From: a virus
Lineage: Duplodnaviria > Caudoviricetes
IMG/VR virus record: IMGVR_UViG_3300022177_000082
Location: 1-47,560 of that record
Reading direction: 5' to 3' (one strand)
Length of the DNA: 47,560 bases
Shown here: positions 25,042 to 33,933 of the stretch, piece by piece
Numbering within the stretch: position 1 is the stretch's first letter
Layout: every line of letters starts with the position of its first letter
Made by a program: the position numbers and the translations under genes
The notes under the pieces: generated by a model
Told to the model about the DNA's origin: nothing
Databases searched by the model: none
What the model saw: only the letters and a program-made list of their open reading frames with translations

Positions 25042-26079
25042 ATGGCAGCAGAGATCATCCGGCAGGAGGCGTTCGAGGACGTGGCATTGAACGTCATCGA
25101 ACATGAGGGCGAGGAGTGGTTCACGGCCGAGGACATCGGTAAGGCTTTGGGGCTGACGGACCCATCAAGGGCAGTTCGGAAAATTTATCAACGAAATCGT
25201 GATGAATTTGAGGGTATCGATTCAGGGACCAAGTTGGTCCCCCACAGACTTGTGCGCGTAGTCAATCTGACTACGCGCCAAAAAGACGGCAAGTTGATTC
25301 CTCGGAAAGTAAAAGTATTCAACCTCCAAGCCGTCCACAAAATCGGCTTTTTCGCCGACACGCCCCGGGCCAAGCACTTCCGCCACTGGGCCTCGCACAT
25401 GCTCACCACCGGCATGGAGCGGCTGCGGCAACGGGTCCTGGAGCTGGAGGCGGCCCGGGCCCCGCAGCTTCCAGCCCCGGACGGCTTCCGGGAGGAGGAA
25501 ATCAGCCGGCTGCGGGAGACGCTGGCCCGGCAGGGCGAGAAGCTGGCGGCCCTGAAGAACGCCCTGCACCTGAAGCGCAAAGAATATCTGGCGCGCATCC
25601 TGGCGGACCCGCAATTGCAGCAGGTGTTTTACGACCACCTCCCCGAGGACCTGCGCGAGACCCTGGCCCTGCCGGCTCCGGAGCCGCAGTACGCCCCCGG
25701 CTCCGACGCCGAGCCCCTGCCGGTGCCCCGGGGGGTGCTGAAACGCCTGCACGCCTGCTTTCTGCACCCCAACCCCCGTCACGCCCGGGCCGGGCTGCTC
25801 ATCGTGCGGGCGCTGCTGGACGGGGTGGAGCCGCCGTCCACCGAGGAGCTCTGCCTGCTGCCGGACGACCTGTTGAAGCGGGACAACTACCGGAAATCGA
25901 AGATCTGGAAGGTGCTGGCGGAGCACGAGGACGCCGAGGCCGACCAGGCCCGGCGGGAGATCAAGGCCATCGCCCTCTACACCCAGGCGGCCCTGAATTT
26001 CTATGAAGAGATCTTCCAGGGCTTTGACCTGTTCGACCGGGAGGTGTGGGGCATCGCCCGGGAGATGAGGGCAGACTAA
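25042..26079 (+). CDS. Bro-N domain antirepressor-like protein (copy 2)
   Basis: Paralog of 4757-5761; AAGGAGGT RBS; 11-aa insertion and divergence inside the Bro-N domain. Confidence 0.85.
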   Translation: MAAEIIRQEAFEDVALNVIEHEGEEWFTAEDIGKALGLTDPSRAVRKIYQRNRDEFEGIDSGTKLVPHRLVRVVNLTTRQKDGKLIPRKVKVFNLQAVHKIGFFADTPRAKHFRHWASHMLTTGMERLRQRVLELEAARAPQLPAPDGFREEEISRLRETLARQGEKLAALKNALHLKRKEYLARILADPQLQQVFYDHLPEDLRETLALPAPEPQYAPGSDAEPLPVPRGVLKRLHACFLHPNPRHARAGLLIVRALLDGVEPPSTEELCLLPDDLLKRDNYRKSKIWKVLAEHEDAEADQARREIKAIALYTQAALNFYEEIFQGFDLFDREVWGIAREMRAD

Positions 26080-26166
26080 AGCACATCCGTAAAAACCTGT
26101 CAATAGCAAAACATGGCCCGTTTGCGATCATAGATGATCATAGACGGTCAAATACGATGTCGGCCC

Positions 26167-26207
26167 AAAACCGGGGTTATCATGGAGGCGATAACCCCGG
26201 TTTTTTT
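26167..26207 (+). terminator. Strong hairpin/terminator before the head genes
   Basis: aaaaccggggttatc-atggaggc-gataaccccggtttt followed by T residues. Confidence 0.75.
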
Positions 26208-26230
26208 ATGGCGGCAATCCAGGAGGGAAG

Positions 26231-26479
26231 ATGCTGTTTGATACCATCGCCGAATATGATGCTGAAATAGCCGCTACCAGAGAAACATTGAAAAAATCCA
26301 TGGAACGGCAACGCTATACCTCTGGCGGCCCTGGCGCCGGCATGCACCAAGAGCGGGGTGATGTTGCAAGCATCAGGATGTATTTGGATATGCTGTCCAA
26401 AGAAAGGCAAATTCTGAAGAGGCGGGAAGAGGAGGCCCGCGGCTTGTTTACCAAAGCGAGGTTTGACAGACCCAGATGA
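26231..26479 (+). CDS. Head-tail joining protein (gpW-like)
   Basis: 82 aa, helix-hairpin-helix pattern, position before a lambda-type portal, AGGAGG RBS. Confidence 0.65.
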   Translation: MLFDTIAEYDAEIAATRETLKKSMERQRYTSGGPGAGMHQERGDVASIRMYLDMLSKERQILKRREEEARGLFTKARFDRPR

Positions 26480-28029
26480 AATTACCTGCGCTTAATTGGC
26501 TCGACAAGGCCATCTCCTACCTGTCCCCTCGCCTGGGTCTGCGGCGTCTGGCGGCCCGGGCGGCGGCGAGCGCCTATCCGGCCTACCGCGGGGCCGAAAG
26601 CAGCCGCCTGCGCTCTGATTGGGCCTTGAGCCTGACCCAGCCGACCCCGGAATTCTACGACCTGGACCGGATGCGGGAGCGCTCCCGGGACCTGAACCGC
26701 AGCGATCCGGTGGCCAGCGGCGCCACCGAAACCATGGCCCTTAACATCGTGGGCCAGGGTTTGCGGCCTCAGAGCGGGCTCCGGGCCGAAGTCCTGGGAA
26801 TCAGCGAGTCCCAGGCTCAGGAGTTGCGGCGGCAAGCGGAAACCATCTGGGAGCAATGGGGCGTCTGGGCCGACAACGGCAACCGGCTGCATTTCTCCGA
26901 CCTGCAGTTCATAGCCCTGCGCAAGGTCATCGAAGACGGCGAGGTTCTGGTTCTGCCCACCTGGGCGGAGGATCCCTGGCGGCCCCTGAAACGCACCCTC
27001 GAACTCATCGAAGCCGACCGCCTGGCCCCGCCGTCCGGCTTCAGCAGCAAGGCCCCCTATGGCATCGAGCTCGGTTCCCGGATGGAGCCGCAGAAATACT
27101 GGATCCGCAAGGCCCAGGCCAACTGGTTTGCCCAGGCCCGGACCGAATATATCGGCGTTCCGGCCCGGGACGGCCGGGGCCGCCCCCTGGTGCTGCATAT
27201 TTTCCCGTGCAAACGGCCCGGGCAGCTCCGGGGGACGCCCTACTTTGCGCCGGTGCTGAGCTATTTCAAGGATCTGGCGGATTATCTGGAGGCCGAGGTG
27301 GTGGCCGCCCGGGTGGCCGCCTGCCTGGCGGTATTCATCACCAAGGCCGATGCCTATGGCGGCATGACTGCGGCGGCTACGGGCGTGGAGTCCGGCACGG
27401 GTGCTCGGGTGCAGGGGATCGAACCCGGGCTGATTTCCTACCTCAATTTGGGTGAGGACATCAAGGTGGTGGACCCCAAACGGGGCGGCGAGACCTTCGC
27501 CAGTTTCACCGAGCAGATGCTGCGCATCATCGGCGCGTCTCTGGGTCTGCCCTATGAACTGCTGATGAAGGATTTCAGCAAGACCAATTATTCCAGCGCC
27601 CGGGCTGCCATCCTGGAAGGCCGGCGTCTGTTCAGCAACTGGCGGTTCTGGCTGTCCCGACATTTCTGCCAGCCGATCTGGGAGCTGGTGCTGGAGGAAG
27701 CCTACCTGCGCAATCTGTTTTCGGCCAAGGATTTTTATGAAAACCGGGCGGAGTACTGCCGGGCCCAATGGATCGGCGGTTCCTGGGGCTGGGTGGACCC
27801 GGTGAAGGAAGTCCAGGCCTCCAAGCTGGCCATCGATTACGGCCTGTCCACCCTGGCGGAGGAGACCGCCGGTCAGGGCCGGGATTGGGAGGAGGTCCTG
27901 GAACAGAAAAAGCGGGAGGAGGACAAGGCCCGGGAACTGGGTTTGAATTTATCGACCGGCGGTGGACCTGCTGCAATCGCTGACAAGGAGGATAACACGG
28001 GAGAGCGGGAAGATGCCGAAAGCACCTGA
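26476..28029 (+). CDS. Portal protein, lambda family
   Basis: 'RERSRDL.R', 'RPGQLRG.P.FAPV', 'NYSSARA', 'WVDPVKE'. Confidence 0.95.
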   Translation: MKLPALNWLDKAISYLSPRLGLRRLAARAAASAYPAYRGAESSRLRSDWALSLTQPTPEFYDLDRMRERSRDLNRSDPVASGATETMALNIVGQGLRPQSGLRAEVLGISESQAQELRRQAETIWEQWGVWADNGNRLHFSDLQFIALRKVIEDGEVLVLPTWAEDPWRPLKRTLELIEADRLAPPSGFSSKAPYGIELGSRMEPQKYWIRKAQANWFAQARTEYIGVPARDGRGRPLVLHIFPCKRPGQLRGTPYFAPVLSYFKDLADYLEAEVVAARVAACLAVFITKADAYGGMTAAATGVESGTGARVQGIEPGLISYLNLGEDIKVVDPKRGGETFASFTEQMLRIIGASLGLPYELLMKDFSKTNYSSARAAILEGRRLFSNWRFWLSRHFCQPIWELVLEEAYLRNLFSAKDFYENRAEYCRAQWIGGSWGWVDPVKEVQASKLAIDYGLSTLAEETAGQGRDWEEVLEQKKREEDKARELGLNLSTGGGPAAIADKEDNTGEREDAEST

Positions 28030-29362
28030 GCAGTTTTTCCATATGGTCCAGGATCGAGCCTGGGCCTTGCATCCGGCCAAACTGGAGGAGGTCGCGGTTT
28101 TCATTGAGCGTCGTTTGAGCGGCGAGCATCTGGCCCCCGAGGGCGCCGCCGGCAAATCCGGCAACCGGGCCGAGCAATCCTACGAGGTGCGCCAGGGCGT
28201 GGCCGTTCTGCCTCTGTATGGGGTCCTGGACAAGCGTATGAATCTCATGCTCCGCTTCTCCGGCGGCACCAGCACGGAACTGTTCGCCCGGGATTTCCGG
28301 AAGGCCCTGGACGACCCCCGGGTGGAGGCGATCCTGCTGGACATCGATTCTCCCGGCGGGGCGGTGGACGGCACCAAGGAACTGGCGGACCTGGTGTACG
28401 GCTCCCGGGGTCAAAAGCCCATCATCGCCTACGCCAATGGTTTGATGGCGTCGGCGGCCTACTGGATCGGCTCGGCGGCGGATCAGATAGTGGCCATGGA
28501 CACCGCGGAGGTGGGCAGTATCGGCGTGGCCATGATGCACTACGATTATTCCGCCCAGGATGACCAGCTAGGGATCAAACGCACGTCCATCACCGCAGGC
28601 AAATACAAGCGCATCGCCAGCGATGAAAAGCCGTTGTCCAAGGAGGGCAAGGAATATCTGCAGTCGCTGGTGGACGATTACTACGGGCTCTTCCTGGAGG
28701 CCGTGGGCCGGCACCGGAATGTGGACCCGGAAACGGTGCACGACAAAATGGCCGACGGCCGGATTTTCATCGGCAAGAAGGCCCTGAAAGCCAGGCTGGT
28801 TGACGTGATCGGCAATTTTAACGATGCCCTGGCTCTGGCCAGGCAGGAAGGAGGCAAGATGCCTAAAAATCTCACCAAAGAACATTTGCAGGCCGAAAAC
28901 CCGGATCTTTACCAGGAAATTTCGGCCGAGGGCGCGGCCTGTGTCCGTCTGGACGATCTGCTGGCCGCCAATCCCGCCACCGCCGAGCAGCTGCGGGCCG
29001 AAGGCCGGGATCAGGAGCGGGCCCGGGTGGTGGAAATCATGGAATGCGGTGGCCCGGCTGACCTGACGTTGACGGCGGTCAAATCCGGTCAGGAGCCCAA
29101 GGAGGCCCTCAAGACGTTCTGGGCCGCCCGGGACCAGTGGAAGGCCCAGGCCCTGGACAATCTCCAGGCCGCAGCGGCGCCGTCGGTGGGCCAGATGGCG
29201 GCGGAAACCGTTATCGACACCAGCCTGCCCCTTGAAGAACGGGCCAAGGCGGAATGGGACAAGGACCCGCAGCTCCGCCGGGAGTTCCCGGAATTCAGCG
29301 CCTATCTGGCCTTTACCAAGGCGCAGGCTGCCGGCCTGGTGAAAATCAAGGGTAAATCCTAA
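28013..29362 (+). CDS. S49 head maturation protease with C-terminal scaffold (internal start at 28859)
   Basis: DIDSPGG, ASAAYWIGS, GSIGV, AGKYK; in-frame AGGAGG-ATG at 28859. Confidence 0.92.
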   Translation: MPKAPEQFFHMVQDRAWALHPAKLEEVAVFIERRLSGEHLAPEGAAGKSGNRAEQSYEVRQGVAVLPLYGVLDKRMNLMLRFSGGTSTELFARDFRKALDDPRVEAILLDIDSPGGAVDGTKELADLVYGSRGQKPIIAYANGLMASAAYWIGSAADQIVAMDTAEVGSIGVAMMHYDYSAQDDQLGIKRTSITAGKYKRIASDEKPLSKEGKEYLQSLVDDYYGLFLEAVGRHRNVDPETVHDKMADGRIFIGKKALKARLVDVIGNFNDALALARQEGGKMPKNLTKEHLQAENPDLYQEISAEGAACVRLDDLLAANPATAEQLRAEGRDQERARVVEIMECGGPADLTLTAVKSGQEPKEALKTFWAARDQWKAQALDNLQAAAAPSVGQMAAETVIDTSLPLEERAKAEWDKDPQLRREFPEFSAYLAFTKAQAAGLVKIKGKS

Positions 29363-29385
29363 GAATCACGGGAGGTAAACATATC

Positions 29386-29958
29386 ATGGCATTGAGCAAG
29401 AATACTCCGGTTAAGGAGGTCCTGGGGGAATTCGCCGATTATCCCCTCTACCAGGGCATCCACGCCTATGAAGGCGCAATGATCTTTCTGCGGGCAGACG
29501 GCTATGCCACCAATGCGGCCGGGGGCCTGAAATTTTTGGGGCATGCCGACGCCGAGGCCAACAACGCCAACGGCGGCAACGGCGGTTTGTATGTCCACCT
29601 CCGCCGGGGGAATTACCGTCTACAGGTCCTCCTGTCGGGGGTGACCATTACCGATGCGGGCAAGCCGGTCTACGCCAGCGACGACGGCACCTTGACCCTC
29701 ACCGCGGACAGCAACAGCCTGGTGGGCCGGGTGGTACGCTATGTGGCCGCCGATACCTGCATCGTGGAGTTCCACGGAGTCGGCGAAGGCACGGTGACGG
29801 TGGTGCAGCAGGCCCACATTGCTGACGCCAAAACGGATTACACCACCGGCGACCTGGACGCCGAGGCGGAGATCATCGCCGCCTTCAACACCACCAATGG
29901 CAAGATCAACGCCATTCTGGCCGCCCTGGAAGCAGCGGAAATCCTGGCGAGTTCTTGA
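29386..29958 (+). CDS. Head decoration/capsid cement protein
   Basis: 'GKPVYASDDGTLT...VGRV' motif; lies between protease and capsid. Confidence 0.7.
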   Translation: MALSKNTPVKEVLGEFADYPLYQGIHAYEGAMIFLRADGYATNAAGGLKFLGHADAEANNANGGNGGLYVHLRRGNYRLQVLLSGVTITDAGKPVYASDDGTLTLTADSNSLVGRVVRYVAADTCIVEFHGVGEGTVTVVQQAHIADAKTDYTTGDLDAEAEIIAAFNTTNGKINAILAALEAAEILASS

Positions 29959-29989
29959 TATCCCCCAGTGGGGCAAGGAGGATTAAATA

Positions 29990-30958
29990 ATGCCTGAAAA
30001 ATTAGCTCTGTCCAGCCGGGCCATTATCGGCCGGTTTTATCAGACCCTGGAGACGGCCCTGGGGGGTTCCTGGGCCACCCTGATCGGCATGCTGTTCCCC
30101 AGTGACCAGGAAAGCGAGACCTACAAGTGGCTGGGCATGGCTCCGGCGCTGCGGGAATGGATCGACGGCCGCCAGGCCAAGGGGCTGCGGTCCAACGGGT
30201 TCACGATCCAAAACAAGACCTTCGAAGCGACTCTGGCCATTGCCGTGGATGATCTCCGGCGGGACAAGACCGGCCAGATTCTGGTGCGCATCGATGAAAT
30301 GGCGGGCCGGGTGGCGGGCCACTGGGAATCCCTGGTCTCCAGTTTGATTTTGAACGGCAATGCCGCGGCCTGCTATGACAGCCAGAATTTCTTTGCCACG
30401 GCCCACAGCGAAGGCGATTCGGGCACGCAGCTGAACCTGCTGGCGGCAGCCCAGGTGCCGGCCCTGAACGTGGCCGTCGCCGCGGCTCCCACCGCCAATG
30501 AGATGGCGGAAGCCATCCTGGGCGTCATTGCCTATTTCTATGGCTACAAAGACGATCAGGGGCAGCCTATCAACGGCGACGCCCGGAATTTTCTGGTCAT
30601 GACCCCCGTGCCGCTGTGGGGTGCGGCCGTGGCCGGCGTTACCAGTCAGCTGCTCAACACCGGCTCCGGGTCCCGGGACAACCCGTTGCTGGCGCTCACC
30701 CGGAATCAGGGCTTGACGGTGAACGTGGTGGCGAATCCGCGGCTGAACTGGACCACTGACTTTGCGTTGTTCCGCACCGACGGCCGGGCCAAGCCGTTCA
30801 TTCTCCAGGAGGAGCAGGGGGTGCAGGTTTCCGCCATTGCGGAGGGCTCCGAGGAGGAGTTCAAGAACGACCGGCACCTCTATGGGATCAAGCTCATCGG
30901 CAATGCCGGCTACGGCCTCTGGCAGCACGCCATCCGGGCGACCTTGAGCAGCAGCTAA
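29990..30958 (+). CDS. Major capsid protein, Mu gpT-like
   Basis: 'ETYKWLG..P.LREWI..R', 'CYDSQNFF...H', 'KPFILQ', 'AGYGLWQ'. Confidence 0.93.
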   Translation: MPEKLALSSRAIIGRFYQTLETALGGSWATLIGMLFPSDQESETYKWLGMAPALREWIDGRQAKGLRSNGFTIQNKTFEATLAIAVDDLRRDKTGQILVRIDEMAGRVAGHWESLVSSLILNGNAAACYDSQNFFATAHSEGDSGTQLNLLAAAQVPALNVAVAAAPTANEMAEAILGVIAYFYGYKDDQGQPINGDARNFLVMTPVPLWGAAVAGVTSQLLNTGSGSRDNPLLALTRNQGLTVNVVANPRLNWTTDFALFRTDGRAKPFILQEEQGVQVSAIAEGSEEEFKNDRHLYGIKLIGNAGYGLWQHAIRATLSSS

Positions 30959-30960
30959 CC

Positions 30961-31539
30961 ATGGCCAAGGATCCGATCAAGGCCCTGGAGGCCTTGGGAA
31001 AAAAGCTGGAAAAGAAGGTTGCAAAGGTTCTTGATGAATGTGTGTTCAAAATAAGGCGTCGGGTGACCAGTCAGGAATTTCTGAAATGGCGCACTAAGCG
31101 GCGTCCGATAGTGGTGGAAAAGGCTAAGTTGGTAGCGGGGATTATGACTGCAACGGTGAGAGGGGCAAGTAGATGGACCTGGGGACATGTGCATATCGGC
31201 GAGCCTGGGTCCACAACTATAAGTCCCAAAAGAGGCAGATATCTGGCCCTGCCCACTGATTTTGTCAAGACCTTTCGTGGCCATCCGGTCGGTCCGAGGC
31301 GCTACAGTGGTACTTTTGTGCGGAAGGGCGTAATTTTCGGCCTGGCCGGCTGGCACGGCTCCTCCGGGATACGTCAATACCGGGCGGCCGGCGAACGGTT
31401 CGAGAAAAAAACCGCAATTCCGTTATTTATTCTTCAGGGCTCAGTGGTGGTGCGTCGGCGAATTATCCCATCACAATTGCTCGCATGGATACAGCCGCAT
31501 TTCTTGGCATTATTGAAAAAGGAGGCGCTGGTCCCCTAA
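30961..31539 (+). CDS. Putative neck/tail-completion protein
   Basis: Basic protein; 'HIGE.G.TISPKRGRYLALP' motif; position. Confidence 0.55.
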   Translation: MAKDPIKALEALGKKLEKKVAKVLDECVFKIRRRVTSQEFLKWRTKRRPIVVEKAKLVAGIMTATVRGASRWTWGHVHIGEPGSTTISPKRGRYLALPTDFVKTFRGHPVGPRRYSGTFVRKGVIFGLAGWHGSSGIRQYRAAGERFEKKTAIPLFILQGSVVVRRRIIPSQLLAWIQPHFLALLKKEALVP

Positions 31540-31991
31540 TGGCAGATCCTGTGAAGGTCCGGATCATGAAGGCCCTGGAGATGATGCTGGGAGACATTCC
31601 CGAACTCGGTTCGGTGCAGCGCTGGTATGACATCCCGGTGGATTTGGAAACCCTGGATCTGCCGGCGCTGTTCTATTGGGAAGAAGAAGAACGGGGGGTC
31701 AGAAATCGCCTGGCCTGGAACAAGCTGGACCTGAATTTTGCGGTTTTTTACCGCCTGGCCTCCTTTGACGGCCCCGGCTATCAGCAGTTCAGTGATGCCG
31801 CGGATGATCTGGCCGCAAAAATCCATGCCAAGCTGGCGATCCCGGCGGCCTTGAGGGAGGCCGGGATGGTCACCCTGGAAGAAAAGTTTGTCAGAAAGGC
31901 CCTCGCCAACGAAATGTTCGGCGAGCTGACCATGTCATACCTGCTGATCTATGGCCATGCCTTCGGTGATGCCTATAGCACGGCTTATTGA
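31539..31991 (+). CDS. Putative tail terminator protein
   Basis: ~150 aa acidic protein immediately before the tail tube gene. Confidence 0.55.
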   Translation: MADPVKVRIMKALEMMLGDIPELGSVQRWYDIPVDLETLDLPALFYWEEEERGVRNRLAWNKLDLNFAVFYRLASFDGPGYQQFSDAADDLAAKIHAKLAIPAALREAGMVTLEEKFVRKALANEMFGELTMSYLLIYGHAFGDAYSTAY

Positions 31992-32008
31992 GCCAAGGAG
32001 GAGATATC

Positions 32009-33178
32009 ATGCCTGTGCCTGCCAATATGGAAAACTACACGGTCCCGGGCGGGATCAAGCTCTTTTTCAACACCGGGACGGGGGAACGCGACCTGGGCAA
32101 CATCATGGAGCTGGACCTGGAGCCCGGCACCGAGGAACTGGAGCACTACACCAACCGCAGCGGCGCCCGGCGCAAGGACAAGGTAATCACCCTGGAGGAG
32201 AAGCTGACCCTCAAGTTCAAGCTGGACGAGCCGGTGATCGAGCACCTGCAGTACTTCTTCAAGGGCGGCGACATCACGGCCCAGGGAGCCGGGACCGCAA
32301 ACGCCGAGGTCAAGGCGGTTCTGACCGGGGTGGGCTTCGTCTCCCTGGGGGCCTATTACGGCCTGTCCGCCGTCACCGTGCGCCAGTTCCTGGACCGCTG
32401 CTTCCTGCAGGACGCCTCCGCCGGCGGAACCTTTGTGGATAACAGCGCCGAGGCCGACAGCCTGGGGGGCACCGCCTTCGAGATCATCGCCGAGGCCGAT
32501 GACAAGCTCTACCTGATGAAGGCCACCCCCTTCACGGAGGTCTACTTCGACTTCGGCACCCCGGGCGAGTACACCGGCGTCGCCTTCAAGTACTGGAACG
32601 GGACGGAATGGACCGCGGTAAGCAACCTGACCGGGGCGGCCGCGGCCTTGGCGGCCGACGGTAAGGCCACCTGGGACCTGCCGGCGGGCTGGACCAAGAC
32701 CACCATCAACGGCTACAACGGCTACGCCATTGAGATCACCGCCACGGCGGTCACCACTGCAGCCCTGGTGAACAGCATCCGGCAGGACGCGGTGGTGAAC
32801 GTGGACTACGTCCTGGACGCCGGCAGCGCCGGTGCGGAGGGTCGCCAGGACGGCCGCATCGCCCGGCTGGCCGGGGGCTTCCTGGCCGACGGCGAGGAGG
32901 TCAAGGCGGCCTTCACCTACACTACCTGGACGGCTCTGAAGATGCCCATTGCGGCGTCGGCCTTCGTGGAGGGAGCGGCCCGGCTGGAGATGCACCCCAC
33001 CGAGGGCCGGGGATTGAAGAAGGACTTCGTGTTCCCCAAGACCATGCTCAAGCCCCAGGGGGCCATCAGCTTCGACGACAAGAAATGGATGGAGGTGCCC
33101 CTGAGCCTGGAGGTCCTGGACAACAGCGAAGTCACCCCGGACACCCCGTATGGCTACATCCTGGATTATGACGTGTAA
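32009..33178 (+). CDS. Major tail tube protein
   Basis: 'RDLGNI', strand-rich; precedes chaperones and tape measure; AGGAGG RBS. Confidence 0.8.
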   Translation: MPVPANMENYTVPGGIKLFFNTGTGERDLGNIMELDLEPGTEELEHYTNRSGARRKDKVITLEEKLTLKFKLDEPVIEHLQYFFKGGDITAQGAGTANAEVKAVLTGVGFVSLGAYYGLSAVTVRQFLDRCFLQDASAGGTFVDNSAEADSLGGTAFEIIAEADDKLYLMKATPFTEVYFDFGTPGEYTGVAFKYWNGTEWTAVSNLTGAAAALAADGKATWDLPAGWTKTTINGYNGYAIEITATAVTTAALVNSIRQDAVVNVDYVLDAGSAGAEGRQDGRIARLAGGFLADGEEVKAAFTYTTWTALKMPIAASAFVEGAARLEMHPTEGRGLKKDFVFPKTMLKPQGAISFDDKKWMEVPLSLEVLDNSEVTPDTPYGYILDYDV

Positions 33179-33190
33179 CGTGGAGGCTGC

Positions 33191-33604
33191 ATGACCACCG
33201 AGAAACCACCGGAAGTCGATGAGATCGGCCTGCTCTGCGGCGAAGAGCAGATCGGAAAATATACCGTCAAGGGCTGGACTCTGCGCCAGTTCCAGACCCT
33301 GCTCCCGATCCTCCTGGAGGCCCTGAAGGCCCTCCAGGCCCTGGGGATCAGCTGGGAGGACTTGGGGACGGATCAGGCCAAGACCCTGCAGGCCATTCAG
33401 GCGGCTCTGGAGGTCCTGACCCCCCAAGCCGCGAGGGTGCTGGCCATCAGCCTGGGCATCTCCGAGGACGAGGCCGGGGACCTGGACCTGGCCGACGCCT
33501 CGGTGCTGCTCCTGAAAATCATCGCCCACAACATGGAACACCTAAAAAACTTGCCCGCCCGGCTCACGGCGACAGTCCAGGCCCTGAGTCCGGGCGGCTC
33601 CTGA
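33191..33604 (+). CDS. Tail assembly chaperone (G-like)
   Basis: Position; slippery A-AAA-AAC at 33544-33550. Confidence 0.8.
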   Translation: MTTEKPPEVDEIGLLCGEEQIGKYTVKGWTLRQFQTLLPILLEALKALQALGISWEDLGTDQAKTLQAIQAALEVLTPQAARVLAISLGISEDEAGDLDLADASVLLLKIIAHNMEHLKNLPARLTATVQALSPGGS

Positions 33605-33933
33605 TCCTGCGGGTCATCGACGACCTGGTGAACCGGGGCCACCGTCTGCACGACCTGGTGAACGTCTACCCCCTGCGCCTGGTCACATACCTGCACCAGG
33701 CGGCCCACCTGAACCGGCGGTCGGAGATGGTGCTCCTGGCCAACGTGGTCTCCATCGGGGTGAGCCACTCCCTGGATCTGGCCCTGGACAAGGGCAGGGG
33801 GAAAGTCCTGGAACGATTCGCAGACCTCATGCTGGATGCGGCGATCAATGTGAAGAAGCGCCGCCCCGCGATGAGCGAGCGGGCGGCGTCATTCTTTGGC
33901 GGTCTACCAGTGCGAAAGGCAAAAAATGGCTGA
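33544..33933 (+). CDS. Tail assembly chaperone extension (T-like), reached by -1 frameshift
   Basis: The -1 frame is open from the slippery site through ORF 33628..33933. Confidence 0.75.
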   Translation, partial: KKLARPAHGDSPGPESGRLLILRVIDDLVNRGHRLHDLVNVYPLRLVTYLHQAAHLNRRSEMVLLANVVSIGVSHSLDLALDKGRGKVLERFADLMLDAAINVKKRRPAMSERAASFFGGLPVRKAKNG

